A stretch of 64,000 nt of DNA from Oscillospiraceae bacterium (GCA_031270605.1 JAISXG010000070.1:10482-74481); one strand, 5' to 3'; shown: positions 19,599-29,977, numbered from the stretch's first letter. Program-made: numbers and translations. Notes: generated from the sequence alone by a model not told the origin.

Positions 19599-20441
19599 TC
19601 AATTCACAAGCTTTTCATAGCACTCTTTATAAAGCGCCGAGGTTTTCATGACAATATCTTCGGGAATCTCGGGCGGCGGGGTCACGCCGTCCATTTTATT
19701 GGCAATAAGCCAGTCGCGCACAAACTGCTTGTCATAGCTCGCGGGCGAGGCGCCCTCCACATATTTGGAAGCATCCCAGAAACGGCTGGAGTCGGGGGTG
19801 AAAATCTCATCCGCCAGCACGATGCCGCCATTCTCGTCATAGCCGAACTCAAATTTTGTGTCGGCGAGAATGATGCCCTTTGTCAGCGCATATTCATAGC
19901 ACTTTTTATAAAGCTCCAGCGCGATTGCCTCGATTTTTGCGGTTTCTTCCGCGCCGATAGCGCCGCGCAGCTTGTCCATCGTGATATAAATATCATGCCC
20001 CTCCGTGCTCTTTGTGGATGGGGTCAAAATCGGCGTTTCAAGCATTGAAGCAAGATTGTAGTCCTTGTCAAAGGTGTATCCGCAGAAAGAACGGTTCTTT
20101 TTGTATTCGTTCCACATGTTGCCGAACATATAGCCGCGCACGATGAATTCAAACTCCATCATTTTGATTTTTTTGACTTTGACGGTTCGGTCCGTATATT
20201 CTTCCTTTTGAAAGAACTCGGGCATGTCAGCAAGTTCTTCTGAAATGATGTGGTTTGTGACGATGTCCTTCGTGAAATCAAACCAGAAGTTCGCGATTTT
20301 GTTGAGCATAATGCCCTTTGCGGGAATCAGCGTGGGCAGAATCACGTCAAACGCCGAAATTCTGTCTGTTGTGACAATTACAAGCTCCCGCTCGTTGATT
20401 TCAAAGACCTCACGCACTTTTCCCGAAATGATTTTTTTCAT
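19599..20441 (-). CDS. purC: Phosphoribosylaminoimidazole-succinocarboxamide (SAICAR) synthase
   Basis: GKVREVF...DRISAFD motifs. The ATG at 20441 follows an AGGTGA RBS; alternative starts reach 20450. Confidence 0.9.
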   Translation of the reverse strand: MKKIISGKVREVFEINERELVIVTTDRISAFDVILPTLIPAKGIMLNKIANFWFDFTKDIVTNHIISEELADMPEFFQKEEYTDRTVKVKKIKMMEFEFIVRGYMFGNMWNEYKKNRSFCGYTFDKDYNLASMLETPILTPSTKSTEGHDIYITMDKLRGAIGAEETAKIEAIALELYKKCYEYALTKGIILADTKFEFGYDENGGIVLADEIFTPDSSRFWDASKYVEGASPASYDKQFVRDWLIANKMDGVTPPPEIPEDIVMKTSALYKECYEKLVN

Positions 20442-20738
20442 TCCCATCACCTTTTTTCACAAATTTCTATTGCGCACGCAATTGGCGAACGGGCGTCAAT
20501 TCCCGCAATCACAACACAAAAAAATTTTAACCGGTCTTTATGAAACAGAGAAAAATTTTTCATGTCTATATAAAAGTCTAAAAATTTTTAAAGAATACCA
20601 TAAAATAAGACAAAAATGAAACGCAGACCACCCGCATCAGCAAAACGCACAAAGCAAAAAATAAATCACAGCGCCGATTTATATAAACTCACGGCTTTCA
20701 TGCGCTCAAAAGGGCTTTTTGCCGCTCCTATAACAAAT

Positions 20739-20768
20739 GTAAGGGCAGGTTTTACACCCAGCCCTTAC
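20739..20768 (-). terminator. Hairpin after ispH-rpsA
   Basis: gtaagggc...gcccttac 8-bp stem, followed on the - strand by ATTTGTTAT. Confidence 0.4.
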
Positions 20769-20790
20769 AAAATATTACTGCATTTAAAAG

Positions 20791-22869
20791 TTATGCGTCC
20801 TCTTCGGCGGCCTGCTCGGCCTCTGCCTTTGCAAGCAGCTCGTCAATCGAAACAGCCACAGGCTCGTCGCCCTTTTCCGCGGCTTCCGCGGGCTCTTCAG
20901 CCTTTTCGGGCTCAAGCAGCGCTTTGATCGAAAGGCTGACGCGCTTTTTCTCAAAGTCGATGTCGATGATTTTTGCCTTCACGGTCTCACCCAGCGAAAT
21001 CGCGTCCTGCGGCTGGGCAATGCGCTTGTCAGAAATCTGTGAAATATGAATCAGGCCGTCAACGCCGGGGATGATGCTGCCGAACGCGCCGAACGCCGTC
21101 AAGCCGGCGATCTTCACCTCAACAACGCTGCCCACGGGGTAATCCCTGCGCAGGACCTCCCACGGATTGTCCTCGGTTTTTTTATAGCCAAGGGAAATCT
21201 TCTTTTTCTCCCTGTCAACGCTCTTCACAAAAACCTCAACCTCGTCGCCCACGCTCACAATGTCGGAAGGATGCTTGATCCTCTTCCATGAAAGCTCTGA
21301 ACGGTGCACAAGGCCATGCGCGCCGCCAAGGTCGACAAACGCACCGAAATCAGTCAGCGAAACCACCTTGCCGGTGTATTTCGCACCCTCTTCAATGCTT
21401 GACCAGAACTTGTCCTCGGCCTCTTTGCGCTCGGTTTTCAGCACTGCGCGGATAGAGCCGACCGCCCTGCGGCGTTTTCTGTCGACATCAATAATCACGA
21501 AACGCACGCTCTGGTTGAGCAGATCCTCAAGGCGCTCGTTTCTGGAAGCGGTGGCAAGCGACGCGGGAATAAATACGCGCACGCCCTTTGAGAAAACCAG
21601 AACACCCTTATTAATGACCTCAACGACCTTGCCCTCAAGAACGGTCTGTTCTTTTTCGGCGGTGATGATGTCGTCCCAATATTTCGAAGCGTCAAGGCGG
21701 CGCTTTGAAAGCATGACCGTGCCTTCCATGTCATTGGTTTTCATGATCATCAGCTCAAGCTCGTCGCCAACCTTCAACTCGGCCGCAGGGTCTGCGTCCG
21801 GGTCTGCACTATATTCGTCATAAGGAATATAACCGGTCTGCTTCCTGCCGATGTCAACCTGGATCTCCGTCGGCAGAATACGCACAACCGTACCCTTCAC
21901 TTTCTGGTCAGAGGTCATGCTCTTAAGGGATTCCTCAAGCGCCTCCTCAAAAGAAAGCTCGTCAAAATTAATTTCCTGTTCAGCCGCAGCTTCTTCGACT
22001 GCCGCGTTTTCATTTTCCTTAATAATGTCGGACATGGTGTTCCGTACCTCCTTAATGATACTGTCAGGCGTGGACGCGCCCGCAGTAATGCCAACCTTGC
22101 CGCACCCTGAAAAATCCAGGGATAACAGCTCCTCCGCCTTTTCGACCAGATATGTTCTGCAATTGCGCGCACACACACCCCTGAGCTTATCCGTGTTGGA
22201 GCTTGTTCTCCCTCCCACAACAACCATGCAGTCATGCGTGGCGGATAAAAGACGCGCTTCTTCTTGCCTTTCAGCGGTAGCGTTACATATTGTATCAAAA
22301 ATTTGCGGATTTGTATATAGCATTTTCACGATTTTTAAACATTTTTCAAATTCTTCCACTGAAAAAGTGGTCTGTGCGGCCAAAACGACCTCTTTATTTT
22401 TCGATTCAGGGTTTTTCTCAAAAAAGGCCCGCAGCTCCTCGGCATTGTTGAACACGAAGGATTCTCCCTTGCAATAGCTGCGGATGCCCACCACCTCGGG
22501 GTGGTTTTCGTCGCCCGCAAGCAGCACGAGATTCTCTTTTGCGGAATGTTTTTCGACAATTTTCTGTATTTTTCGCACAAACGGGCAGGTCATGTCACAA
22601 AAATCAAGACCCAGGCTCTTTGCCTTTTCAATGACCTCTTCCGGCACGCCGTGTGTGCGGATGAGCAGCACATATCCCTCGGGCACATCCCCGGGATCCT
22701 CCACCATCAGCACGCCCCTGCCTTCGAGATATGCAATGAACTGCGGGTTGTGGATAATCGGCCCGAGCGTGCAGACTTTTTTGCCCGCGTCGAGCAATTC
22801 ATATACCTTCATAACGGCTCTGTCCACACCGAAGCAGAAGCCCGCGGATTTCGCCAATGTAATTTTCAT
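20791..22869 (-). CDS. ispH: Fusion protein: 4-hydroxy-3-methylbut-2-enyl diphosphate reductase (IspH/LytB) plus ribosomal protein S1 repeats
   Basis: The N-terminal half has the IspH motif KSAGFCFGV. The C-terminal half has four S1 domains. The likely ATG at 22869 follows an AGGAGGTG RBS. Confidence 0.9.
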   Translation of the reverse strand: MKITLAKSAGFCFGVDRAVMKVYELLDAGKKVCTLGPIIHNPQFIAYLEGRGVLMVEDPGDVPEGYVLLIRTHGVPEEVIEKAKSLGLDFCDMTCPFVRKIQKIVEKHSAKENLVLLAGDENHPEVVGIRSYCKGESFVFNNAEELRAFFEKNPESKNKEVVLAAQTTFSVEEFEKCLKIVKMLYTNPQIFDTICNATAERQEEARLLSATHDCMVVVGGRTSSNTDKLRGVCARNCRTYLVEKAEELLSLDFSGCGKVGITAGASTPDSIIKEVRNTMSDIIKENENAAVEEAAAEQEINFDELSFEEALEESLKSMTSDQKVKGTVVRILPTEIQVDIGRKQTGYIPYDEYSADPDADPAAELKVGDELELMIMKTNDMEGTVMLSKRRLDASKYWDDIITAEKEQTVLEGKVVEVINKGVLVFSKGVRVFIPASLATASRNERLEDLLNQSVRFVIIDVDRKRRRAVGSIRAVLKTERKEAEDKFWSSIEEGAKYTGKVVSLTDFGAFVDLGGAHGLVHRSELSWKRIKHPSDIVSVGDEVEVFVKSVDREKKKISLGYKKTEDNPWEVLRRDYPVGSVVEVKIAGLTAFGAFGSIIPGVDGLIHISQISDKRIAQPQDAISLGETVKAKIIDIDFEKKRVSLSIKALLEPEKAEEPAEAAEKGDEPVAVSIDELLAKAEAEQAAEEDA

Positions 22870-22903
22870 TTGTTCAAACACACCTCCTGCGGCCATCCGC
22901 CGG

Positions 22904-23581
22904 TTATTCCCCGTTTGTGAGCTTGCTCAGAATCACGTCAAGAATCAGCCCCGTGGCCTCTTCAAGCGAAAGGCCCGTAGTGTCAACGCGAACGGAATCC
23001 TCGGCAGGCTTCAGAGGAGCGATCGCCCTGTTGGAGTCATTATAATCCCTTTGCCGGATTTCTGCAAGAATCGTTTCATAATCCACCTCGTTGCCCTTTT
23101 CCGTCAGCTCTTCAAAGCGGCGGCGGGCGCGCTCCTCGGCAGACGCGGTGAGAAAAATCTTCACATCCGCTTCAGGCAGCACCACGGTGCCGATGTCGCG
23201 CCCGTCCATCACGCAGTCGTTCTCTCGCGCAAGGTCTTTTTGCAGGTCAAACAAAAACGCCCTCACCTCCGGCACAGCCGAAACATTGGACGCGGCCATG
23301 GACGCCTCCGGCCTGCGGATCGCCTCGGACACATCCTCGCTTCCCAAAAACACCTTCTGTTCGCCGCCGGCATAACGCAGGCTGACCTGTGCCGTGGCAA
23401 GTGCGCGCACAACATCCGCGGCATTCGCCGTGTCAAGCCCCTGCCGCAAAACATGCACACCCACTGAGCGGTACAGCGCGCCCGTGTCCACATAAACATA
23501 ACCGAGCGCTTTGGCCGCCGCGCGCGCCATGGTGCTTTTGCCCGCCCCCGAGGGGCCGTCTATCGCTATATTAATCGCCAT
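22904..23581 (-). CDS. cmk: Cytidylate kinase
   Basis: IAIDGPSGAGKST P-loop. Start MAINIAIDG at 23581. Confidence 0.9.
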   Translation of the reverse strand: MAINIAIDGPSGAGKSTMARAAAKALGYVYVDTGALYRSVGVHVLRQGLDTANAADVVRALATAQVSLRYAGGEQKVFLGSEDVSEAIRRPEASMAASNVSAVPEVRAFLFDLQKDLARENDCVMDGRDIGTVVLPEADVKIFLTASAEERARRRFEELTEKGNEVDYETILAEIRQRDYNDSNRAIAPLKPAEDSVRVDTTGLSLEEATGLILDVILSKLTNGE

Positions 23582-23623
23582 TTTGAAACTCCTTTTTTGT
23601 TGTCGCATCTATCATCATTCATA

Positions 23624-24868
23624 TCATTCCGCGCAGACCGAGCGCCCTGCCAGCACCCCCGTTGAAAAAGCGATTTGCAGGTTATAGCCGCCGGTGTACG
23701 CGTCCGCATCCAGCACCTCACCCGCGAAAAACAGGCCGCGGCACAGCTTTGATTCCATGGTTCTGGGCGAAATTTCACTCACAGTAACGCCGCCGGAGGT
23801 CACGATCGCCTCTTCAATCGGCCGAAAACCGGTCACCGTCAAGGGCAGCCGCTTCAGGCAAAGAGCAAGCTCCTGCCGCTGTTCGCGCGTGATCTGGTTC
23901 GCCTTTTTTTCAAAGGGAATATCGCACAGCCGCAAAACCACAGGGATCATTGCCCGCGGCAGCAACTCAACCAGCGCGTTCACAACCGCCTTGTTCGCGT
24001 GCTTCGCAATGTCGCGCTGGATACGCGCATCCAGCTGTTCAAAGCGCAGCGCGGGCTTGAGGTCGATTTCAAGCTCATATTTTTCCCGCTTTATATCGCG
24101 CATATGCGAGCTTGCGCTCAAAACAATCGGCCCCGAAACGCCGAAATGGGTGAACAGCATCTCGCCGAAATCCTGAAATATTTCTGTGTAGCGCTCTTTG
24201 TCGCGCACCGTGAGGGCAACATTTTTCAGCGCCAGCCCCTGCAGCTCGCGGCACCAGTCCTCTTTGATCTCAAGGGGTACAAGCGAAGGCTCCGGCTCGC
24301 GGATGCTGTGGCCCGCCTGCTTTGCCAGCGCATAGCCGTCGCCTGTGGAGCCGGTCAGCGGGTAAGACACACCGCCAGTGGCGACGATCACGGCCTTCGC
24401 GAAAAACTCCCGTCCGTCCTCTGTTCGCACCCCGCGCACCCCGCCGTTTTCCGCAATCAATTCCGTCACCCGCGCCTGCAGCCTCTGCGCACCGCTCTTT
24501 TTTGCAAAAGAGTCCAAAGCGTCCACAATATCCGCCGCTTTGTCAGACTCGGGGAACACGCGGTTTCCCCGCTCCACCTTGAGCGGCACACCCCGCGCCT
24601 CAAAAAACTCCATGGTGTCGACAGGCATGAAGCGCGAAAACGCGCTGTATAAAAACCGCCCGTTCACAGGCACGGCCTCGATCAGCTCATTGAGCATCGT
24701 GCAGGCGTTCGTCACATTGCAGCGCCCCTTGCCCGTGATCATCAGCTTTCTCGCCACACGGGCGTTGCGCTCAAGCAGCAGGGTGCCAAGCCCGCGTTCG
24801 GCCGCCGTTCCCGCGGCCATCAATCCCGCGGCCCCGCCGCCGACCACCAAAACATCAAACTCTTTCAA
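23624..24868 (-). CDS. HI0933/YhiN-family FAD-dependent oxidoreductase
   Basis: 414 aa. DVLVVGGGAAG dinucleotide motif and GKGRCNVTN. Confidence 0.8.
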   Translation of the reverse strand: MKEFDVLVVGGGAAGLMAAGTAAERGLGTLLLERNARVARKLMITGKGRCNVTNACTMLNELIEAVPVNGRFLYSAFSRFMPVDTMEFFEARGVPLKVERGNRVFPESDKAADIVDALDSFAKKSGAQRLQARVTELIAENGGVRGVRTEDGREFFAKAVIVATGGVSYPLTGSTGDGYALAKQAGHSIREPEPSLVPLEIKEDWCRELQGLALKNVALTVRDKERYTEIFQDFGEMLFTHFGVSGPIVLSASSHMRDIKREKYELEIDLKPALRFEQLDARIQRDIAKHANKAVVNALVELLPRAMIPVVLRLCDIPFEKKANQITREQRQELALCLKRLPLTVTGFRPIEEAIVTSGGVTVSEISPRTMESKLCRGLFFAGEVLDADAYTGGYNLQIAFSTGVLAGRSVCAE

Positions 24869-24886
24869 ACAAAAGCTCCTACCTTT

Positions 24887-26104
24887 TTAATCCAAAATCA
24901 CCGTTTGGTCGGTGTATTCCGTATTGCCCGGCCGCTTTGCGGGCAAGCTCAAATTATAAACCGCCGTCGCGCGCGCCTCAAGGGCAAACAGCTCCCGCGC
25001 GCGGGTGGGCAGCGCGGCGATTTCTTTATACCTCGTCACAACAGGCAGCGCCGCAGAACGCTTCATGGCGCCCAGCAGCTCCCTGCCCCTGCCGTTGAAG
25101 CCCAACACGCGAATATAGGGCGGCGGGGACGCGGCATATTCCTCCAGAACCTCCAAAAACGCCGCAAGCACCACGCGCCGTACGCGCGAGAGGGTGTAAC
25201 GCTTGGTTTTCACGCGGGCATACAAATCCGCAAGGGATGCCGCCGCGCAAGCCGCATCCGCAAGCCGATTCTCCAGTCCTTCCGAAACATCGGGCAGCCG
25301 CAGAAAATAATCTTTATCCCGCTTGCGCAAATCCGCGAGAACGGCGGTTTCCAGCGCATGAAAATCCGCCGGCGCATGCCCCTTTTCGCGCTCCCGTTCG
25401 ATGATTTCACGCGTGGCGGCGGGAAGAAAGACACCCGATCCGCCACTGTCAGACGAATGCATCAACCGCCCCCGCAATGCGCTTGCGGACAGATAGCCTT
25501 CGCTCTCGCCCGCGCTGTCGTGCCCCGCGCCCACACGCCTGACGGCATACGGCACAACCGGTGAAGCAAGCGACAGCAGCGCCTTGCAGTATTCCACGCC
25601 CAGAATGTCGTTCGGCGAGCGCAAAACACGCAGAACCGCTTCGTCATCCGTCAAACAAGCCAACGCCCTTTCCCTCGCGGCGGGGAATGAATCGCCCTCA
25701 CGCAAGGCCTCTTTCAGCCCCGTGTCCCCGTCAAGACCGGCAACCAGCTTCGCGGCCTTCATCAGCAGCTGTGCGTCGCCGCACTCGCTACCAAACGAAA
25801 GGCGCGTAACGATTCCCGTTGCATGCGCAAGGCTCACCGCGCCGAAGGCAAACCGCTCGGCGGAGGCTGTGGCCCAGGGCAGCGGCAGCTCAACCACCAA
25901 ATCCACGCCGCCGCGCAGCGCCATTTCGGCGCGCGCACGCTTATCAATCATCGCGCCCTCGCACCGCTGCACAAAATTGCCGCTCATCACCGCGATCACA
26001 CAGTCCGCGCCAGCCTCACGGGTGCGCGCAACCTGATAGGCGTGGCCCTTGTGAAACGGGTTATATTCGGCGACAATCGCGGCAACCTCCACCTTTATAA
26101 CCAC
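24887..26104 (-). CDS. tmcAL: tRNA(Met) cytidine acetate ligase (UPF0348 / YlbM nucleotidyltransferase)
   Basis: 405 aa. AEYNPFHKGH HxGH motif and typical length. Confidence 0.8.
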   Translation of the reverse strand: MVIKVEVAAIVAEYNPFHKGHAYQVARTREAGADCVIAVMSGNFVQRCEGAMIDKRARAEMALRGGVDLVVELPLPWATASAERFAFGAVSLAHATGIVTRLSFGSECGDAQLLMKAAKLVAGLDGDTGLKEALREGDSFPAARERALACLTDDEAVLRVLRSPNDILGVEYCKALLSLASPVVPYAVRRVGAGHDSAGESEGYLSASALRGRLMHSSDSGGSGVFLPAATREIIEREREKGHAPADFHALETAVLADLRKRDKDYFLRLPDVSEGLENRLADAACAAASLADLYARVKTKRYTLSRVRRVVLAAFLEVLEEYAASPPPYIRVLGFNGRGRELLGAMKRSAALPVVTRYKEIAALPTRARELFALEARATAVYNLSLPAKRPGNTEYTDQTVILD

Positions 26105-26237
26105 CCTTTCACAGCAATCTGAAAGATTTATTTTTCAAAAAATATCCCTCTGGCAGACAAATTCAGTATTATTATTTCCTTTTTGGTTAAAAATACATCC
26201 AAAATGTGTTTTTATGTGCAATTATCCGCTTTTTGTC

Positions 26238-26266
26238 TTGCTTTTTCGAATCCCTGCATATATAAT
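26238..26266 (+). promoter_or_regulatory. Candidate sigma-A promoter of ackA
   Basis: TTGCTT, 17-nt spacer, TATAAT. Confidence 0.45.
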
Positions 26267-26419
26267 ATATCACGGCTTCATGAGATTCAAGTAATTTTTG
26301 AACCATGATCATGATTCAAGTATGTTTTGGCATGCAGAACGGCTAAAAATTGCCCCAGCCGCAAATCGTTTGCGGGTGCGGGTCTTTTGCCGTGTCTGTG
26401 GAAAGGATGAAGGAAAACC

Positions 26420-27622
26420 ATGTTAATTCTCGTTATCAACGCCGGCAGCTCCTCGCTGAAATATCAACTGATTGATATGAACGGTGAAATTTGCATTGCA
26501 AAGGGGCTTTGCGAAAGAATCGGCGTCGACGGTAAAATTGAGGCAAAAAATATGCGCACCGGTGAGGTGTATGAGGAAGAAACCGCAATGCCGAACCACA
26601 CCGTCGCTTTCCAGTCAGTCAAAAAAGCGCTCATCAGCGGCAACGCAAAGGTCATCGACGACCTCGCAGAAATCAAGGCAGTCGGTCACCGCATTGTCCA
26701 AGGGGGCGCTTTATTTAATAAGAGCGTGGTAATTGACAACGAAGTAATCGACGGCATTGAAAGCCTGTGCGATCTCGCGCCCCTGCACAACCCGGCGCAT
26801 ATTCAAGGCATCCGCGCGTGCATCGAGGTGTTCGGCAAGGAGGTCCCTGAAGTCGTGGTGTTCGACAACGCCTTTCACAGCACCATGCCTCCTGAAGCAT
26901 ATATGTTCCCGATTCCTTATGAATATTATGAGAAATACAAAATCCGCCGCTACGGCTTCCACGGCACCTCGCACCGCTATGTGAGCGCGCGCTGCGCAGA
27001 ACTGATGGGCCAGGATATCAAGGGACTCAAAATTATCACCTGCCACCTCGGCAACGGCGCGTCCATTACCGCCATCAAAAACGGTGAGGTGGTCGACACC
27101 AGCATGGGTCTCACCCCCCTTGACGGCTTCATCATGGGCACAAGGACCGGCGGAATTGACCCCTCCGCGGTGACCTATTTGCAGGCGAAAGAGGGTTGGA
27201 CACCCGAGCAAACCGATACTGTGCTCAACAAGAAATCCGGCGTATTGGGCATTTCGGGCATTTCGAATGACGACCGCGATGTGAAAGCCGCAGCGCTTGA
27301 GGGCAACGCAAGGGCAAAGCTCGCGCGTGATATCCAGTGGTATCAGATCCGCAAATTCATCGGCAGCTATGTTGCCGCGATGCAGGGCGTGGATGCAATT
27401 GTGTTCACCGGCGGCATCGGCGAAAACACCTTTGATTTGCGCGCGGATGTGTGCGAAAAGCTCGCGTTCCTGGGCATTGCGCTTGACGCGGCGGCCAACG
27501 AAAAAACCATTCGCGGCGCCGAAGGCGCAATCACCGCGCCCGATTCCCCCATCAAGGTTTTCGTCATCCCGACCAACGAAGAGCTGATGATTGCGCGGGA
27601 CACGCAGGATTTAGTCAAATAA
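26420..27622 (+). CDS. ackA: Acetate kinase
   Basis: 400 aa. LVINAGSSSLKYQL N-terminus. Confidence 0.95.
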   Translation: MLILVINAGSSSLKYQLIDMNGEICIAKGLCERIGVDGKIEAKNMRTGEVYEEETAMPNHTVAFQSVKKALISGNAKVIDDLAEIKAVGHRIVQGGALFNKSVVIDNEVIDGIESLCDLAPLHNPAHIQGIRACIEVFGKEVPEVVVFDNAFHSTMPPEAYMFPIPYEYYEKYKIRRYGFHGTSHRYVSARCAELMGQDIKGLKIITCHLGNGASITAIKNGEVVDTSMGLTPLDGFIMGTRTGGIDPSAVTYLQAKEGWTPEQTDTVLNKKSGVLGISGISNDDRDVKAAALEGNARAKLARDIQWYQIRKFIGSYVAAMQGVDAIVFTGGIGENTFDLRADVCEKLAFLGIALDAAANEKTIRGAEGAITAPDSPIKVFVIPTNEELMIARDTQDLVK

Positions 27623-27647
27623 AAAACTTTAACTTTCGCAATAGCAC

Positions 27648-27695
27648 CCTGCCGGTCAAAGGCAATGTTGCCGCCTTTGACCGACAGGTTTTTTT
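27648..27695 (+). terminator. Intrinsic terminator of ackA
   Basis: 16-bp stem with one mismatch, followed by TTTTTTT. Confidence 0.75.
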
Positions 27696-27776
27696 ATTCG
27701 CCGAGCGGCAGTTTCACCCCCTTGATTTTCCTATATGCTTATAGTATAATTACTTTGATTGAAGGAGTGATAAAGC

Positions 27777-28214
27777 ATGAAAATATCTTCGAAAGGGCGC
27801 TACGCCCTTCGCATGATGATTGACATTGCGCAGCATAACACCGGCGAATGGATCACCATCAAGGACATTTCAGAGCGTCAGGGGATCTCGGTGAAATACC
27901 TTGAGCAAATCGTGACAAACCTCACCAAAACCGGCCTGCTGCTCAGCAGCCGCGGCTCGCAGGGCGGCTATATGCTGGCGCGGGCACCGGAAAAATACAC
28001 TGCCGGCCAGATTCTTCGGGTGATTGAAGGCAATCTCGCGCCGGTGGCCTGCCTGGAAAGCAACCCCAACGTGTGCGAGCGTGTGAACGCCTGCCCTACG
28101 GTTCATTTTTGGGGGGGGCTCCATAAGGTGATCAACGAATATGTGGACTCTGTCACACTGCAGGACCTTGTGAACGAATCCAGCCAGAATCTGGGATACG
28201 ATTTCAGCATCTGA
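27777..28214 (+). CDS. Rrf2-family transcriptional regulator with a three-Cys Fe-S-type motif (IscR/CymR-like)
   Basis: 145 aa. SKGRYALRMM N-terminus and C-x6-C-x5-C (CLESNPNVCERVNAC). Confidence 0.85.
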   Translation: MKISSKGRYALRMMIDIAQHNTGEWITIKDISERQGISVKYLEQIVTNLTKTGLLLSSRGSQGGYMLARAPEKYTAGQILRVIEGNLAPVACLESNPNVCERVNACPTVHFWGGLHKVINEYVDSVTLQDLVNESSQNLGYDFSI

Positions 28215-28236
28215 AAAAATTATATAAATGAAAAGG

Positions 28237-28261
28237 AACCGGGGCAGCCCGGTTTTTTTTA
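28237..28261 (+). terminator. Intrinsic terminator after the Rrf2 gene
   Basis: aaccggg-gcag-cccggtt followed by T8. Confidence 0.7.
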
Positions 28262-28327
28262 TAATCCTGCCCAACCGTTCAGGAAAAACCCGCACTATAT
28301 ATGCAGAACGCTTCCGGAGGCTTTCAA

Positions 28328-29962
28328 ATGATCAAAGAAACGGCAGACAAGTGCATTTTGAGCTATCAAAAAAAGATTTTCGGCTTTGCCCTTGCCAAAA
28401 TGAGAAACATCGCCCAGGCAGAAGAGCTTGCGGCGGACATTGCCTGCGAGGTTTATGTTTCCTTTCTGCAGCAGGATGAGATTTTGAACCTTGACGGCTA
28501 TGTCTACCGCATTGCACAGAATGTTTTCGCAAAGCACATCCGCAGGCAAAATACAACCGCCAACATGAGCCTTTTTGAATGTCCGCTGCCCTGTTTTGAC
28601 GACACCCAGCAAAAACTGGAACAGAACGAAGCGGTGAAAAGGCTGCGCGCAGAAATTGCGCTTCTCTCCCGGCGGCAGCGGTCGGTCGTGTTTTTGCATT
28701 ATTATGAAAACAAAACCACAGCCGAAATCGCAAAGCTGCTGCAAGTCTCACCCGGCACGGTCAAATGGCACCTGTCTGACGCAAGAGAACGGTTAAAGGA
28801 TGGTTTGACGATGAATAACACAACACAAAACCTTGCGGTGAACCCCATCAAATTTATTTCCATGGGTCACAACGGCTCACCCGGCATAAACGGAGACACA
28901 GCAAGCATTTTCGACACCCGCCTCAAGCAAAACATTGCCTACTGCTGTTATTATAACGCCATGACAGTAGAAGAAATCGCCCGCACCCTTTCGCTGCCCG
29001 CCGTCTTTGTCGCGGATGAGCTCAAGGTCTTGGAGGAATACGCCTACCTCGACCGAACCGACAACAGCCGCCGGCCAAAGTTCCGCACAAACATGCTTCT
29101 CACAGATTTGAGAGCAGAGCCCGAACCGGGGCTGACAGAAGCAGACAAACTGCACAAAGCGGCGGCCAAAACACTTTGCGACGTGTTTTATCCGAAAGTG
29201 TTCGACGATTTTGATGCGTCTGCAAACAACTGGGGCCTTTTTTGCGGCGATGGTCAAAACGACAAGAATTATATGAAATATTCCCTCGTCATGCTCTGCA
29301 CGCGGTTTTTATTTGACACGGACGGCTGCAATTGGTGGCGCCAATATGCTGTCAAGCGGCCGGACGGCGGGCAGTTCATCGCGCACGCCTGTGTGGTCGA
29401 TGACTGCACGCAAAACGGGGATATCCGTTCGCCTTATTGGGTTTGCGGTTATATGCACAGAACCGAGCAGAACCGGTTCGCAAGCCTGCAGCTTGACTGC
29501 CACTTCGCAAGCCGCGAGGGGCGATGGATTGACAATCTCAATGCGGACTGGGCAGCACTCTATCGCTTCTTGAAACAAGATGATAAAAAACAAGCGCTGC
29601 CGGCGGAGGATTACAAGCGTCTTTGCGACAAAGGCTATCTGCTGGATGAGCAGGTTCAGGTTGTGACCTGCAAAACCAAAAAGCGAAACAAGCTTGACTG
29701 GCTGCACGAGCTGATAAACAAAAACATTCATGTCCCCCAAAGCATTTTCGCGCTGGGCAAAGAGCTGGACGCAAACAGGTTCCGGCTTGAAAAAGATCGG
29801 CACCCTCCCCACATGCGGCCGCTTGTCAGGCACTATAACAGCGACTCTCTTTCGTCGAGTGCAATGGTGCCTCATGTGGTAGAGGCCATGCTGGAACGCG
29901 GCATGCTGCAGCCGCTGACAGAACGGCAAAAAAAATCAGTCTTCACGATTATGGTTTATTGA
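28328..29962 (+). CDS. ECF-type sigma-70 family factor fused to a ~380-aa soluble C-terminal extension
   Basis: Regions 2 and 4 are recognisable (ELAADIACEVYVSF; TTAEIAKLLQVSPGTVKWHLSDARERLK). A long Cys/Trp-rich tail follows, with no hydrophobic segment. The ATG at 28328 sits 7 nt after GGAGG. Confidence 0.75.
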   Translation: MIKETADKCILSYQKKIFGFALAKMRNIAQAEELAADIACEVYVSFLQQDEILNLDGYVYRIAQNVFAKHIRRQNTTANMSLFECPLPCFDDTQQKLEQNEAVKRLRAEIALLSRRQRSVVFLHYYENKTTAEIAKLLQVSPGTVKWHLSDARERLKDGLTMNNTTQNLAVNPIKFISMGHNGSPGINGDTASIFDTRLKQNIAYCCYYNAMTVEEIARTLSLPAVFVADELKVLEEYAYLDRTDNSRRPKFRTNMLLTDLRAEPEPGLTEADKLHKAAAKTLCDVFYPKVFDDFDASANNWGLFCGDGQNDKNYMKYSLVMLCTRFLFDTDGCNWWRQYAVKRPDGGQFIAHACVVDDCTQNGDIRSPYWVCGYMHRTEQNRFASLQLDCHFASREGRWIDNLNADWAALYRFLKQDDKKQALPAEDYKRLCDKGYLLDEQVQVVTCKTKKRNKLDWLHELINKNIHVPQSIFALGKELDANRFRLEKDRHPPHMRPLVRHYNSDSLSSSAMVPHVVEAMLERGMLQPLTERQKKSVFTIMVY

Positions 29963-29977
29963 ATGCTTTAAAGCAAC

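Noticed and set aside
20451-20738. Possible purine or ZTP riboswitch or PurBox in the 288-nt purC leader
   Set aside because: I could not find the conserved purine-aptamer core or the ZTP CCGCCTGGGC-type 3' element. Only one GTTCG half-site is present. A covariance-model scan would be needed to exclude a riboswitch formally.
20616-20927. 103-aa + strand ORF spanning the purC/ispH intergenic region
   Set aside because: It runs into the 3' end of the ispH-S1 gene on the opposite strand, is Pro/Arg/Ala-rich, and has no RBS or homology signal.
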